From positions 1 to 64,000 of the forward strand of contig NIVC01001194.1 in assembly GCA_002269645.1 (NCBI GenBank): 64,000 nt of DNA, given 5' to 3'. The position numbers were made by a program, and so were the translations under genes. The notes under the pieces are model-generated. The model was not told the DNA's origin. It made no database searches and was given only the letters and a program-made list of their open reading frames with translations. Positions 1 to 12,500 of the stretch are shown piece by piece (the stretch's first letter is position 1; the number at the start of each line of letters is the position of its first letter). Source of the stretch: Macrostomum lignano (lineage: Eukaryota).

Positions 1-410
1 TGCGTTCTCATATCTACTCTCTTCTTTCTCCTCACTACTTTCTCCTCTCTACTTTTTCCTCTCTCCTCTTTTATCTCTTCTCTCTCCTCTCTCTTTATCT
101 CCTCTCTGCTCTCTCATCTCTCTACTTTCTCCCCTCTCCTCTCTCCCTTTATCCTCTCGCTTCTCTCTCCTCTCTCTCCCCTCATCTCTACTCATATATC
201 TCTTCTCTCTCGTCTTTCGGCTCTACTTCCTCCTGTCTCCTCTTTCTCCTCTCTTACCCCCCTCTCCTCTCTCCTCTCAATTACCTTATCTCTTCTCTCG
301 CCTTTATTCTCTTTTTTTCTTTTCTCTAATCTGTCCCTTTTAATTCTCTCTTTTCATGTTCTCTTTCATCTAATCTTTTATCTTCTCTCTCCTTTTCTCT
401 TTTCTCTATT
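1..410. repeat. CT-rich (polypyrimidine) low-complexity tract
   Basis: Almost only C and T on the + strand, with imperfect (CT)n/(CTT)n runs. Confidence 0.9.
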
Positions 411-456
411 CCCGGGAGGGGACACAGCGGGAAGGCGCGGGCGCCCATTCCGCTAC
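411..456 (-). mobile_element. Short 3'-end fragment related to the LINE at 23363-24770
   Basis: Reverse complement reads tagcggaatgggcgcccgcgccttcccgctgtgtcccctcccggg. It matches LINE 3' UTR 24696-24740 with two substitutions and one indel. Confidence 0.7.
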
Positions 457-843
457 TGGACTGGACTTGAAACTCAAACCTCACCGAATAACCCAGCCCT
501 CGGCAACAGTGAAGATTGCTTGTATTACTTGTGTGCCCCGCAATTGCCATTGTGTATTCTACTCGTATCTTAAGGAAATTTTGCAGCTTAAGACATCAGA
601 CACCTGCGTTTTAATTTGGACTTATATGTAGACTATCTGTGCCTTAAGGGGTTGTGGTTGAAAGAAATAAACGAAATAAAAATAAAGAATTAGAAACAAA
701 GTTAAAACTGAAAGCAAATTTATGGATTGTATTATAGTAGACATAATCAATCAAACTTAATTAAATTTATTATCAAGCAACCAGTTCAGTACAAATGCCA
801 ATATTTAAAAATAAAAAATCACCGGACAAGTCACTCGGGACTC

Positions 844-3800
844 TCAGTCTCCAAGGCATTCGTTATCCATCGGGTCGTGAGCTCTGATCGACAGCTCCAA
901 GTCATCGATGAGGCACAGAATTCGCTTGCATGCCGCGTCATCACAGCTGGTTGCCGCATCCCCAGACTCTTCATCAGCCGAGTCCCCAGCTCCATCATCG
1001 AGCAGTCGGCATCGCTCATCCAGTCGGTGCAGCGCCAGTCTCAAACTGACGCCAAGACCTTCATCAGCGATCCCAGCTTCGCCCAGACGGTCGAGAGCGG
1101 CTGACACGGCGGCTCGAATGTCCGGCAGGCCGTCAAGTGGCAGACGGTCGGATTCGCTGCCGCCACCAGCCGCTGCAGACACCAGCTGAGCAAGGCTCCT
1201 GACCACTTCCGGTGGCGCACAATTTCCAGGATCGGCGAGAAGATCGCCAGCAAATTTGGCTGCAGCGTGAGCAGCTTCCGGTGCCAGTGAACCGCTGGCT
1301 GCATCGGCTTTGGCGCTGCGACAGAGAGTGCAGATGCCAGCTTGAAGTCGGGCGTTGTTCAATGATTTGCTGCTGGTTTTCGTTTCCGGTTTGACCTTTG
1401 TAATATTGGTACTTCCGGTGACGACTGAGTTCCAAATGCTTAAGTCTGTTGATTGGTTAACTTGTTCATTTCCGGTTGAGACACCTTGTCCACTTCCGGT
1501 TGAGTCACCTTGTCCACTTCCGGTTGAGTCACCTTGTCCACTTCCGGTTGATTCACCTTGTCGACTTCCGGTTGAGTCACCTTGTCCATTTTCGGTTGAG
1601 TCACCTTGTCCATTTCCGGTTGAGTCACCTTGTCCGTTTCCTGTGGAGGCACCTTGTCCACTTCCGGTTGAGACACCTTGTCCACTTCCGGTTGAGTCAC
1701 CTTGTCCACTTCCGGTTGAGTCACCTTGTCCACTTCCGGTTGATTCACCTTGTCGACTTCCGGTTGAGTCACCTTGTCTATTTTCGGTTGAGTCACCTTG
1801 TCCATTTCCGGTTGAGTCACCTTGTCCGTTTCCTGTGGAGGCACCTTGTCCACTTCCGGTTGAGACACCTTGTCCACTTCCGGTTGAGTCTCCTTGTCCA
1901 CTTCCGGTTGAGTCACCTTGTCCACTTCCGGTTGATTCACCTTGTCGACTTCCGGTTGAGTCACCTTGTCCATTTTCGGTTGAGTCACCTTGTCCACTTC
2001 CGGTTGAGTCAGCTTGTCCACTTACGTTTTCCTTCCGGTTCCACTCTCCGGTTACACTCCTGATCTCACTTCCGGTTCCAACAAGGCAGTCGCGAAGGCA
2101 CAGAAACAGGGCAGCGTCCGGCCCACGCCAGTCGCCGTGTCCGAGGCGGCCGCAATCAGACCGGCCAAAGTGTCCGGACTCGGACAGCTGGCCGAGAAGT
2201 AGGCCAAAGCAGCGTCGCGAGCTGTCGGTCTGGAGGCTGCGGACAGGCAGAAGTCGTCTGCCTTTTGAGGAGTTAGAAAAGTTTATTTTTATTTGTCATT
2301 AACAGCCAATTCTAATCGGTTATTAACAGCCAATTCTAATTGGTCATTAACAGCCAATTCTAATCGGTTATTAACAGCCAATTCTAATTAGTCATTAACA
2401 GCCAATTCTAATTGGTCATTAACAGCCAATTCTAATCGGTTATTAACAGGCAATTCTAATCGGTTATTAACAGCCAATAATTATAATTGGTCATTAACAG
2501 CCAATTCTAATCAGTCATTGACAGCCAATTCTAATTGGTCATTAACAGCCAATTCTAATTGGTCATTAACAGCCAATTCTAATCAGTCATTAACAGCCAA
2601 TTCTAATCAGTCATTAACAGCCAATTCTAATTGGTCATTAACAGCCAATTCTAATCAGTCATTAACAGATAATTCTAATCGATCATTAACAGCCAATTCA
2701 ATTGGTCATGCATTAGGTCATAAACTAAGGTCATAACTCCCAGCAGTGAACTCCGGCCCCTCACCAGCTTCTTAGCAGTCCCTGGCAGCCGCAGGAAGAG
2801 GCCTCTCCTGGCCAAGTCAGCCAGCGTCAGGGTTTTACTACGGTAATCCCAGCTCCCATCGGAGGACAGAAACTCAACCAGATCTTCCCGCAATTTCCCA
2901 GCCGGAACTGCAACTTCAAGAATCAACTCCAAAGCCCTTTCGAAGCCTCGAGTTCGGGAAAATTTCGGAGCAGAAGAGAAATACAGCAGCCGTTTGAGCA
3001 GTTGGATTCGAGCTGGTGAAGTGAGACCAGAGGACCAGGATGTCACGGTGTCCGGTTTTAATGCGGCCAGCACCAACACGGATTCAGTGGGCCAAGACTC
3101 AGTAGCCTCCGCTGGTGCTGGCAGTGAGATCAAATTTGAGTCTAATATAATTCTAATTTGGTTAATAGTTGAGCAGGTGGCAAAGAGCATATTGCAGACT
3201 GTTTCCATTAGGATGTCTTCTGGTAGATTGGCTGTGCAGGCTGGAGTTTGCTGGGATCTGAAAGTGCGATTGGATTGGGAATAAATGTTCACAGCGAATT
3301 GCTTATAAGGTTTCTAAATAGAATAAAAAATTGTAAGTACACAAGAGAGTTCTGAGAAAGTACATGGTAGACTTTTAGTTTTCTAGAAACTAAGCGACAC
3401 GACAAATTTCTTATTCGTTACAAAGTACACGACGGACTTTTTATTCTCTAGATAGCACACGACGAACTTATCGATCTCCAGAAAGTACACGACGAACTTT
3501 TAATTCTGTAGAAAATACACGACATACTTTTCATTATTTAGAAAGTACAAAACGAACTTTTCATTCTCTAGAAAGTACACGGCGAACTTCTTTTTGCTAG
3601 AAAGTTTCTGCATTTATGGACTTCCTAATCTTTACCGACATTATTTTCTAAAATTACACAACGCAGTAGCAAATTATAGAATAGAATAATCAGGACATTC
3701 TTTCGAATGCCTAGAATTTTTCACTCACCGAGTCCACACGTGCGCCAGCGCCAGGCACAGCGCAGCCCTGGCGTGCAGGTTGCCAGTGACATCTGGCCGG

Positions 3801-4565
3801 GTTAGGGCGTCGGCCAGAGCCGCAGCCAGGCCGGCCCAGTCGGAGGCATCGAACCGGTCAGCTGCCGATGCGGACAGCCGCCAGCACAGCACATCGGCGC
3901 CGATCCTGGCTTGCCGAGGCCGGCCAGACCGAAGCGAATTAAGCAGGGCGCCAACTAGCAGGGATTTGGCTTCATTGGCCACCTGCGGCATGGCTGCTGG
4001 CTGTGGGATCAATGAGGGTGAGGGTGATCCCAGTGCTGCCTGAATGATCCCAGTGCTGCCTGAATGATCCCAGTGCTACCTGAATGATCCAGAGCTGCCT
4101 AAGTGATCCCAGTGTTACCTGCACTCCAAAGCCAGGACAGAATCCCTACAAAGCTACACTAATCAGCACTGCAGCCTCACCTCAGAGGTGAGGACAGCCT
4201 CAGCCACAGGCAGGTACAGCGGCAGCAGCTCAGCATGCTGCTCAGCACCGGATCCGCAATCCGATTTTCCAACAGCAGCCTGACAATATCTCCTCAGAAT
4301 AGCCAGCAGATGCTCTGCCTCATCAACTGATGAAGGACTCAGCTTCACAGAGGACAGCTCGGCAGCCAGCTGCTGCACAAGGCTGTCGTCAAGGTGCTCG
4401 GAGAAGGCGAAGGTCAGACTGTCGAGCAGGCGGCAGAGCCTGCGGCCGACACTCGCGGCATCGGAGGCGGCTGCTGGGGAAAACAGCAACAATTTATGGG
4501 AGTTTTATACTACTCAAGCTTCCCTTGTGAGTAGTGCGGTACTTTTTATCGTTTTCTATCGACAT
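844..4565 (-). CDS. Multi-exon gene for an uncharacterised Leu/Ala-rich, probably alpha-helical protein (~632 aa)
   Basis: Exons 4565-4514 (tentative ATG exon), 4473-4181, 4145-4119 (27-nt microexon), 4000-3729, 3257-2765, 2229-2070 and 1445-844 (TGA). All junctions are GT-AG and the phases join (1,0,0,2,0,1). No family motif recognised. The first exon is the least certain. Confidence 0.65.
1460..2025. repeat. Intronic 24-bp minisatellite (ccacttccggttgagtcaccttgt)n
   Basis: About 23 tandem units filling intron 1446-2069. Confidence 0.95.
2296..2700. repeat. Intronic 24-bp minisatellite (cattaacagccaattctaattggt)n
   Basis: Directly visible tandem units. Confidence 0.95.
4020..4110. repeat. 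20-bp minisatellite (tgaatgatcccagtgctgcc)n
   Basis: About 4 units. The same unit occurs at 9650-9860 and 17915-18220. Confidence 0.85.
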
Positions 4566-4602
4566 TTATGTTACATGAAAGTTGGGAAATATTGGGATTT
4601 TT

Positions 4603-4915
4603 GGGATCTGTGCTCAGGGGATCAGGGATCTGTGCTCAGGGATCAGGGATCTGTGCTCAGGGGATCAGGGATCTGTGCTCAGGGGATCAGGGATCTGTGC
4701 TCAGGGGATCAGGGATCTGTGCTTAGGGGATTAGGGATCTGTGCTCAGGGGATTAGGCCGATCTGTGCTCAGGGGATCAGGGATCTGTGCTCAGGGGATC
4801 AGGGATCTGTGCTTAGGGGATTAGGGATCTGTGCTCAGGGGATTAGGGATCTGTGCTCAGGGGATTAGGATCTGTGCTCAGGGGATTAGGGATCTGTGCT
4901 CAGGGGATTAGGGAT
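4603..4915. repeat. ~22-bp minisatellite (gggatctgtgctcaggggatca)n
   Basis: Directly visible tandem units. Confidence 0.95.
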
Positions 4916-5559
4916 TTGTACTCAAGGGATCAGATATCGAAATCAGCTTTTAGGTAGTGAAGTTTTTAGTAGCAATCTTTATGAATTGCACATAATTTTG
5001 AATTTATAATGCTAAAAATAAGAAACAAGTAGCAAATACAGAAAGCATTATTCAATTATTAAACAAACAAAACAAAGAGCCAAATATACAGTTTATTTGA
5101 GAATCTCGGATTAGAAAATTCCGACACACAGCTGAAAATTTATAAATTGCAGCATAAAAGAAAGCGCAACGCTGCCTACTTACAAAAGTACAGCTAAGTA
5201 TTATGATAATATTTGGCAAATACAGTTTTGATAAACAAAGGCGCATGATAAATAGTGCTAAAATCAAGCACACAGGACAGACAGTCTGACAAATAATTCC
5301 ACAGTACCCCTAGAACTAACAAAGTACAAAAAAGAGCTAAGGATTTGCAGTGAATATATGGAAATTAGATATTGTGATATGTGCCTGTCTTTGGGGCGCC
5401 ATGGACTTGAAAATATGAAGAAAATAGCTTGATAAACAGCCGCAAGCTTAGCTTTGGCGCCAGGGGTTGCTGAAGAAAAACAGGAACAAAAAATGTATCG
5501 ATATCTATAGTTTAGTAAATTTGAATAGAATATTACAGTGCTCAGTGAGTATTGACTTT

Positions 5560-6180
5560 ATGTATACTCGATTCACACATGCATTCATTTTGTATGTGAA
5601 TATGCACACAGATCTAATTCACAAATTCACTCAGTCGGTGTGTGTGAATACACACAGACCCAATTCACACATTCACTCAGTCTGTGTGTAAATGCACACA
5701 GATCCAATTCACATTCACTCAGTCGGTGTGTGTGAATACACACAGACCCAATTCACACATTCACTCAGTCTGTGTGTAAATGTACACAGATCCAATTCAC
5801 ATTCACTCAGTCGGTGTGTGTGAATGCATACAGATCTAATTCACAAATTCACTCAGTCGGTGTGTGTGAATGAACACAGATCCAATTCACATATTCATTC
5901 AGTCGGTGTGTGTGTGAATGCACAAAGTTCCAATTCACACATTCACTCAGTCTTTGTGTGTGAATGAACACAGATCCAATTCACATATTCATTCAGTCGG
6001 TGTGTGTGTGAATGCACAAAGTTCCAATTCACACATTCACTCAGTCTTTGTGTGTGAATGCACACAGATCCAATTCACATATTCATTCAGTCGGTGTGTG
6101 TGTGAATGCACAAAGTTCCAATTCACACATTCACTCAGTCTGTGTGTAAATGTACACAGACCCAATTCACACATTTATTC
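5560..6180. repeat. ~40-45-bp minisatellite (cacagatccaattcacacattcactcagtcggtgtgtgtgaat-like)
   Basis: Degenerate tandem units. Confidence 0.9.
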
Positions 6181-6594
6181 ATTCATGAAAAATGGCACAA
6201 AAATAAATCATATAGCAAAATATGGATAGCTTAATTTGTCAAGATAATAGCTGTGTAAAATTGATAAAAGTGGAATTGCATATCAGTTTGAAGAAAAAAT
6301 TGCAATGAATAAACTGGGGCAGCGGGAATGCACAGGAAATTCTGATAAATAATGTACAACAAAAAATGTAATATGTTAAACTGACAAAAGTTATGTAATA
6401 TCTGACCGCAAATGTACGTTTTAACAATTTTTAAAAAAAAATCGGGGAAAATGTAAAGTGGCACTATCTCAGCTGGTTTTTACTAGGGCACCTTTTCACA
6501 CCGTCTGTGCGAGTGGAGCGGCAATTATGTTGGCCTTTGAAAGTGAGAACCGCGAAGCAAGCTCTTAATACAAATACACAGGCTAAACAGCTGT

Positions 6595-9500
6595 TTATCT
6601 GCTCACGTAGCCTTCGGGAGCTTCAATGCTGCCAGCTGACGAAGGGTCCTCCTGATGCAGAAGCGACTGCGCTGTGTCATAGGGCAGCCCAGCCGAAAGA
6701 AGCTGGAATGTTGAGGAAAGGTGTGTACATTTGGGTGGTGGGGGAGGTGTTACATTGGGGTGGTAGGGGAGGTGTGCACGTTGGGGTGGTAGGGGAGGTG
6801 TGTACATTGGGGTGTAATGGAGGTGTGCACATTGGGGTGGTGGGGGAGGTGTGTGTACATTGGGGTGGTGGGGAGGTGTTACATTGGGGTGGTAGGGGAG
6901 GTGTGCACATTGGGGTGGAAGGGGAGGTGTGTACATTGGGGTGGTAAGGGAGGTGTGCACATTGGGGTGGTGGGGGAGGTGTGTGTACATTGGGGTGGTA
7001 AGGGAGGTGTGCACATTGGGGTGGTGGGGGAGGTGTGTGTACATTGGGGTGGTAGGGGAGGTGTTATATTTGGGTGGTGGAGGAGGTGTGTACATAGGGG
7101 TGGTGGGGGAGGTGTGTACATTGGGGTGGTGGGGGAGGTGTGCACATTGGGTGGTGGGGGAGGTGTGTACATTGGGTGGTAAGGGAGGTGTGCACATTGG
7201 GGTGGTGGGGGAGGTGTGTGTACATTGGGTGGTAAGGGAGGTGTGCACATTGGGGTGGTGGAGGAGGTGTGTACATAGGGGTGGTGGGGGAGGTGTGTAC
7301 ATTGGGTGGTGGGGGAGGTGTGCACATTGGGGTGGTGGGGGAGGTGTGTACATTGGGGTGGTAAGGGAGGTGTGCACATTGGGGTGGTGGGGGAGGTGTG
7401 TGTACATTGGGGTGGTAAGGGAGGTGTGTACATTGGGGTGGTGGGGGAGGTGTGTACATTGGGGTGGTAGGGGAGGTGTGTACATTGGGGTGGTAAGGGA
7501 GGTGTGTACATAGGGGTGGTGGGGGTGTGTACATTGGGGTGGTGGGGGAGGTGTTACATTGGGGTGGTAGGGGAGGTGTGCACGTTGGGGTGGTAGGGGA
7601 GGTGTGTACATTGGGGTGTAATGGAGGTGTGCACATTGGGGTGGTGGGGGAGGTGTGTGTACATTGGGGTGGTAGGGGAGGTGTGCACGTTGGGGTGGTA
7701 GGGGAGGTGTGTACATTGGGGTGTAATGGAGGTGTGCACATTGGGGTGGTGGGGGAGGTGTGCACATTGGGGTGGTGGGGAGGTGTTACATTGGGGTGGT
7801 AGGGGAGGTGTGCACATTGGGGTGGTAGGGGAGGTGTGTACATTGGGGTGGTAAGGGAGGTGTGCACATTGGGGTGGTGGGGGAGGTGTGTGTACATTGG
7901 GGTGGTAAGGGAGGTGTGCACATTGGGGTGGTGGGGGAGGTGTGTGTACATTGGGGTGGTAGGGGAGGTGTGTGTACATTGGGGTGGTAGGGGAGGTGTG
8001 TACATTGGGGTGGTAAGGGAGGTGTGTACATTGGGGTGGTGGGGGAGGTGTGTACATTGGGGTGGCGGGGGAGGTGTGTACATTGGGTGGTAAGGGAGGT
8101 GTGTACATTGGGGTGGTGGGGAGGTGTGTACATTGGGGTGGCGGGGAGGTGTGTACATTGGGGTGGTAGGGGAGGTGTGTACATTGGGGTGGTAAGGGAG
8201 GTGTGTACATAGGGGTGGTGGGGGTGTGTACATTGGGGTGGTAGGGGAGGTGTGCACATTGGGGTGGTAGGGGAGGCGTTTGGGGTGGTAAGGGAGGTGG
8301 GCACATTGGGGTGGTGGGGGAGGTGTGTGTATATTGGGGTGGTAGGGGAGGTGTGTACATTAGGGTGGTGAGGTGTGTTTACATTGGGGTGGTAGGGGAG
8401 GTGTGTACAATGGGGGCGGCAAGGCAAGTATGTACATTGACAACCAGTCAGTATGCTAAAACTGGCTACATAAACTTCATAGCCATGAATTTAAAAGCAA
8501 CTCACCGTTGCGTCGGGTTCAGAAATGTACTTTTGTGGGTCAGACAATGGCACTGCTTCAGCTCGACGCCGCATTGTCCAGCGTCTAACAGCCATAGCAA
8601 CGCCAATTGCAGAGACAATTAAAATTGAACCTACAACAAGCAGAACCAGACGCCAGGATGAAAAACTGGATGAACCTTCAGCCGTTGCAAAAGCAGAAAC
8701 AGGCAAAACTGGACACGCAACACCTCTGCGAATTTGCCAGGTGTCTTTGGAAAATCCTCGATTACCGGTCACGTGACCAGACCGGTTGCAGTCTGCGATA
8801 AAGTTTGTTGAGTTCACCAGGCAGCTGACAAATGTCTGACTGTCAGAGCCACCTGAGCAAGCAGCTGTCAAAGGTGGCAGGTGAATTAAACGATTTGGCA
8901 AACTTGAATTCTCGCCGTAAGATGTGGAGGCGAAGATTGCCAAAGTCGATTCGAACTCGAGGCTGAGCATGGAGGAGTTGAGGACAATGCTGAGATATGA
9001 GGCTGTTGAGAATTTGTCAGAAACAGCCAGCGTTTCACTCTGATTGGTGCCGAGGTTTGCGACTCTGTAGAGCAGGATTCGGCCGTTCCTGCAGCGCCTG
9101 TGCGATTTTGAAGGGGCGATTCTAGAGAGGCGATTCTGAAGAGGCGATTTCAAAATGTAATTTGTGAAAAAGCAAAAAGATGGGAATATCGAAAATAATT
9201 TGTGGGACCAATTGACCACAAATCCTGTAATTTACAGCAGATGATGAAGTTGCAAAAAAACGAAAGCGCTCTCTCACCTGTCGGAGGCTGGGAACACCAG
9301 CTGGCTGGGAGGCAGCAGAAATGCCTCATCAAGCTCCGGGTTGCATGGCAGCCACTCCCCTGATCTGCCGCTACCGCTCGAGTTGTCGCTCCAGTGGCCG
9401 CTGAAGTGCCGCGGTCTGCAGCGGACGGTCACCGAGTACTTCGTGTCGGGACTGACTGCAACGGAGACGGCTGTGGAGTTGGTTGCCAGGCTGCGGCCGT

Positions 9501-12500
9501 CAGACAGAAGCACCTGGTAGCTGTACTCCTGGTTGCCAGGCAACGGTGAGCTTGGTGCCGTCCAGCTGATGTTGAGCTGCTGGGGCTCAAAGTGGAGGGC
9601 CAGCTTCCTGACGGGGCCGGGCTTCTCTGGAATGCATTTGGAGTGATCCCGGTTATGACTGAGTGATCCCGGTGATGACTGAGTGATCCCGGTGATGACT
9701 GAGTCATCCCAGTGCTACCTGAATGATCCCAGTGCTACCTGAATGATCCCAGTGCTGCCTGAATGATCCCAGTGCTACCTGAATGATCCCAGTGCTACCT
9801 GAATGATCGCAGTGCTACCTGAATGATCCCAGTGCTACCTGAATGATCCCAGTGCTAACTTATAAAAGGTCCCTAAGGCATGAGCAACTTACCTTTGTCT
9901 CTAAGGTCAAACACAGAAGACTCATTAACACACCAGCCCAGCTGATTGCACAAGCTCAGAGTCAGCCGGACAATGTCAGGCCCATACTCAGATGACTGGT
10001 GAATCATGCCAAATTCGCAGTAACCAGAGCTGTCGCAGGTGCAGCTGCAATCGGCCTCTTTGCGGGACAAACTGCGAAAATTTATGGAAAAAAAGTTGCT
10101 ATTGTTACTGATTCAGATTGTGCCCTCACTTTATTGTAAGAAAGGCAAAAGTAACAGGAAATATGCATTGAGTAATCAGAAGTAAAGCCAACATTCAGGA
10201 GGAGAGGTATGACAGATTAGCTGAGAGATAATTATTCATAAAAGTAACCGCTTTATCCTTAAAGTGCATTGGAACCTTTAACTGCAGTATCAATATTTAC
10301 AGTGGCGTAGACACTGAGGATCTGGGAGGCTGGCCGAGCAACTGAGGATCTGGAAGGCTGGCCCAGCAACTGAGGATCTGGGAGGCTGGCCCAGCAACTG
10401 AGGATCTGGGAGGCTGGCCCAGCAACTGAGGATCTGGGAGGCAGGCCCAGCAACTGAGGATCTGGGAGGCAGGCCCAGCAACTGAGGATCTGGGAGGCTT
10501 GCCCAGCAACTGAGGATCTGGGAGGCTGGTGGCCCAGCAACTGAGGATCTGGGAGGCAGGCCCAGCAACTGAGGATCTGGGAGGCAGGCCCAGCAACTGA
10601 GGATCTGGGAGGCTTGCCCAGCAACTGAGGATCTGGGAGGCTGGTGGCCCAGCAACTGAGGATCTGGGAGGCTGGTCGAGCAACTGAGGATCTTGGAGGC
10701 TGGTGGCCCAGCAACTGAGGATCTGGGAGGCTGGTGGCCCAGCAACTGAGGATCTGGGAGGCTGGTGGCCCAGCAACTGAGGATCTGGGAGGCTGGTGGC
10801 CCAGCAACTGAGGATCTGGGAGGCTGGCCCAGCAACTGAGGATCTGGGAGGCTGCATAGCAACTGAGGATCTGGGAGGCTGCATAGCAACTGAGGATCTT
10901 GGAGTTTGGCAGTGACCTAGCAACTGAGGGTTTGGGAAAAAAGGCAGTTTTTAATCTTCATCGAATTTAATAAAAATGATTTAGAGTTTGAAACGATAAG
11001 GCATACGGTTTTAAGTAACATGAAAACATAAAAAATTACATACATTTACGTACAGAACACCATAAATAACACACATGACAAAAAAAGCGTGCATCGTTAC
11101 ATATAACACCCATAAATGAATTTTATAAACAAATCGAAATGCCATAACGATAACGATAATAAATAAGCCAAACTATCTATGCTTAACCAACTAGTAAACG
11201 TGATGACATACCTCAGATGCACTGAAAGCACATTATTTGCTTCTGCTCAAACTTCAGCATCAGAACCCGACTACAAACAGGCGTTTAGAATAGCAAAAAA
11301 ATAAATGCCATAATTTATAAATCAATTAAGAGCCTCGTGCAACAGAAAAGCTACAAAAGGCGATTTTAAAAGTGGCAAACTAAGATAAAACAAATACATA
11401 CTACTATAAATAGGGGAAATCAGTAGTATATAGAGAGGACACAGACTGCAAAAATGATATAAAGAACAATCTATAAAGAGTAAATCAGAAACATCGATAC
11501 AACAGCTACCTGACATCATCATTAGTAAAGAAGAGATCTGGCGATGCAGCTGGTTGACATGCCGAGCAGATCTCATCCAATCGAATGATCTGCGTTCTGC
11601 AGGTTAATTCAGTTTCTCTGGTCTAAGTTTAGGAGTTGCTGAGTGCGTGTCACCCTTGGTGCTGGCGCCCCTTGGTGCTGGCGCCCCTTGGTGCTGGGCG
11701 CCCCTTGGTGCTGGCGCCCCTTGGTGCTGGCGCCCCTTGGTGCTGGCGCCCCTTGGTGCTGGCGCCCCTTGGTGCTGGCGCCCCTTGGTGCTGGCGCCCC
11801 TTGGTGCTGGCGCCCCTTGGTGCTGGCGCCCCTTGGTGACTCTATTTTACAGCAAAACTAAATTTACCAAATAACTGAATAATCGCTAAAACTATATGGT
11901 GGATTTCTAACAAAATGGTGTCTATTATAGGATTGCACAGTCTCAACAAGCAAACTGAACTCACAACTGCAGCACGCCCACAGCCAGAGTCAGTCGGCCT
12001 CCAAGACTCGGCGGGACACCTGTGGAGTTGGCGATCGCCGGCAGGCTGGGCCGCACAACCAGAGTGGCGTAGCGCCGGTCCTGCCAGAAGAAATCCACTG
12101 CGGTCGGGACTGGGAGCGCTGGGGGATGGGGAGTGAGGGCGACTGATGAAGCAGCCTGTGCAAGTATGCAGCTGTGCTTCAGTTTCAGCAGATATGACAA
12201 AAGTTTTAAGACAATAGATTTTAAAATCCAATATCCCCCGTTGCTGGGCCAGCCTCCCAGACCCCCAGTTGCTGGGCCAGCCTCCCAGATCCCCAGTTGC
12301 TGGGCCACCAGCCTCCCAGACCCCTAGTTGCTGTGCCAACCTCCCAGATCCCCAGTTGCTGGGCCACCAGCCTCCCAGATCCTCAGTTGCTGGGCCATCA
12401 GCCTCCCAGATCCCTAGTTGCTGGGCCAGCCTTCCAGATCCTCAGTTGCTGGGCCAGCCTTCCAGATCCTCAGTTGCTGGGCCAGCCTCCCAGATCCTCA

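Noticed and set aside
1440-2021. 193-aa DKVTQPEV repeat ORF (and the opposite-strand PVESPCPL ORF) as a coding repeat protein
   Set aside because: A 24-bp unit stays open by chance. An in-frame stop precedes it, and the flanking exons splice in phase around it.
4603-4915. Interstitial telomere
   Set aside because: TTAGGG occurs only as isolated hexamers inside a 22-bp unit, not in tandem.
4473-5469. Fusion of receptor A to the downstream orphan gene through a GC donor (AG|GCACAT, phase 1)
   Set aside because: The phase fits, but the donor is a poor GC-type site. A nearer ATG exon (4565-4514) explains the 4473 acceptor more simply.
6595-8427. Extensin-like Pro/His/Thr-rich ORFs
   Set aside because: Translations of a G-rich intronic array in all frames. 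Only the terminal 6702-6595 part is a plausible exon.
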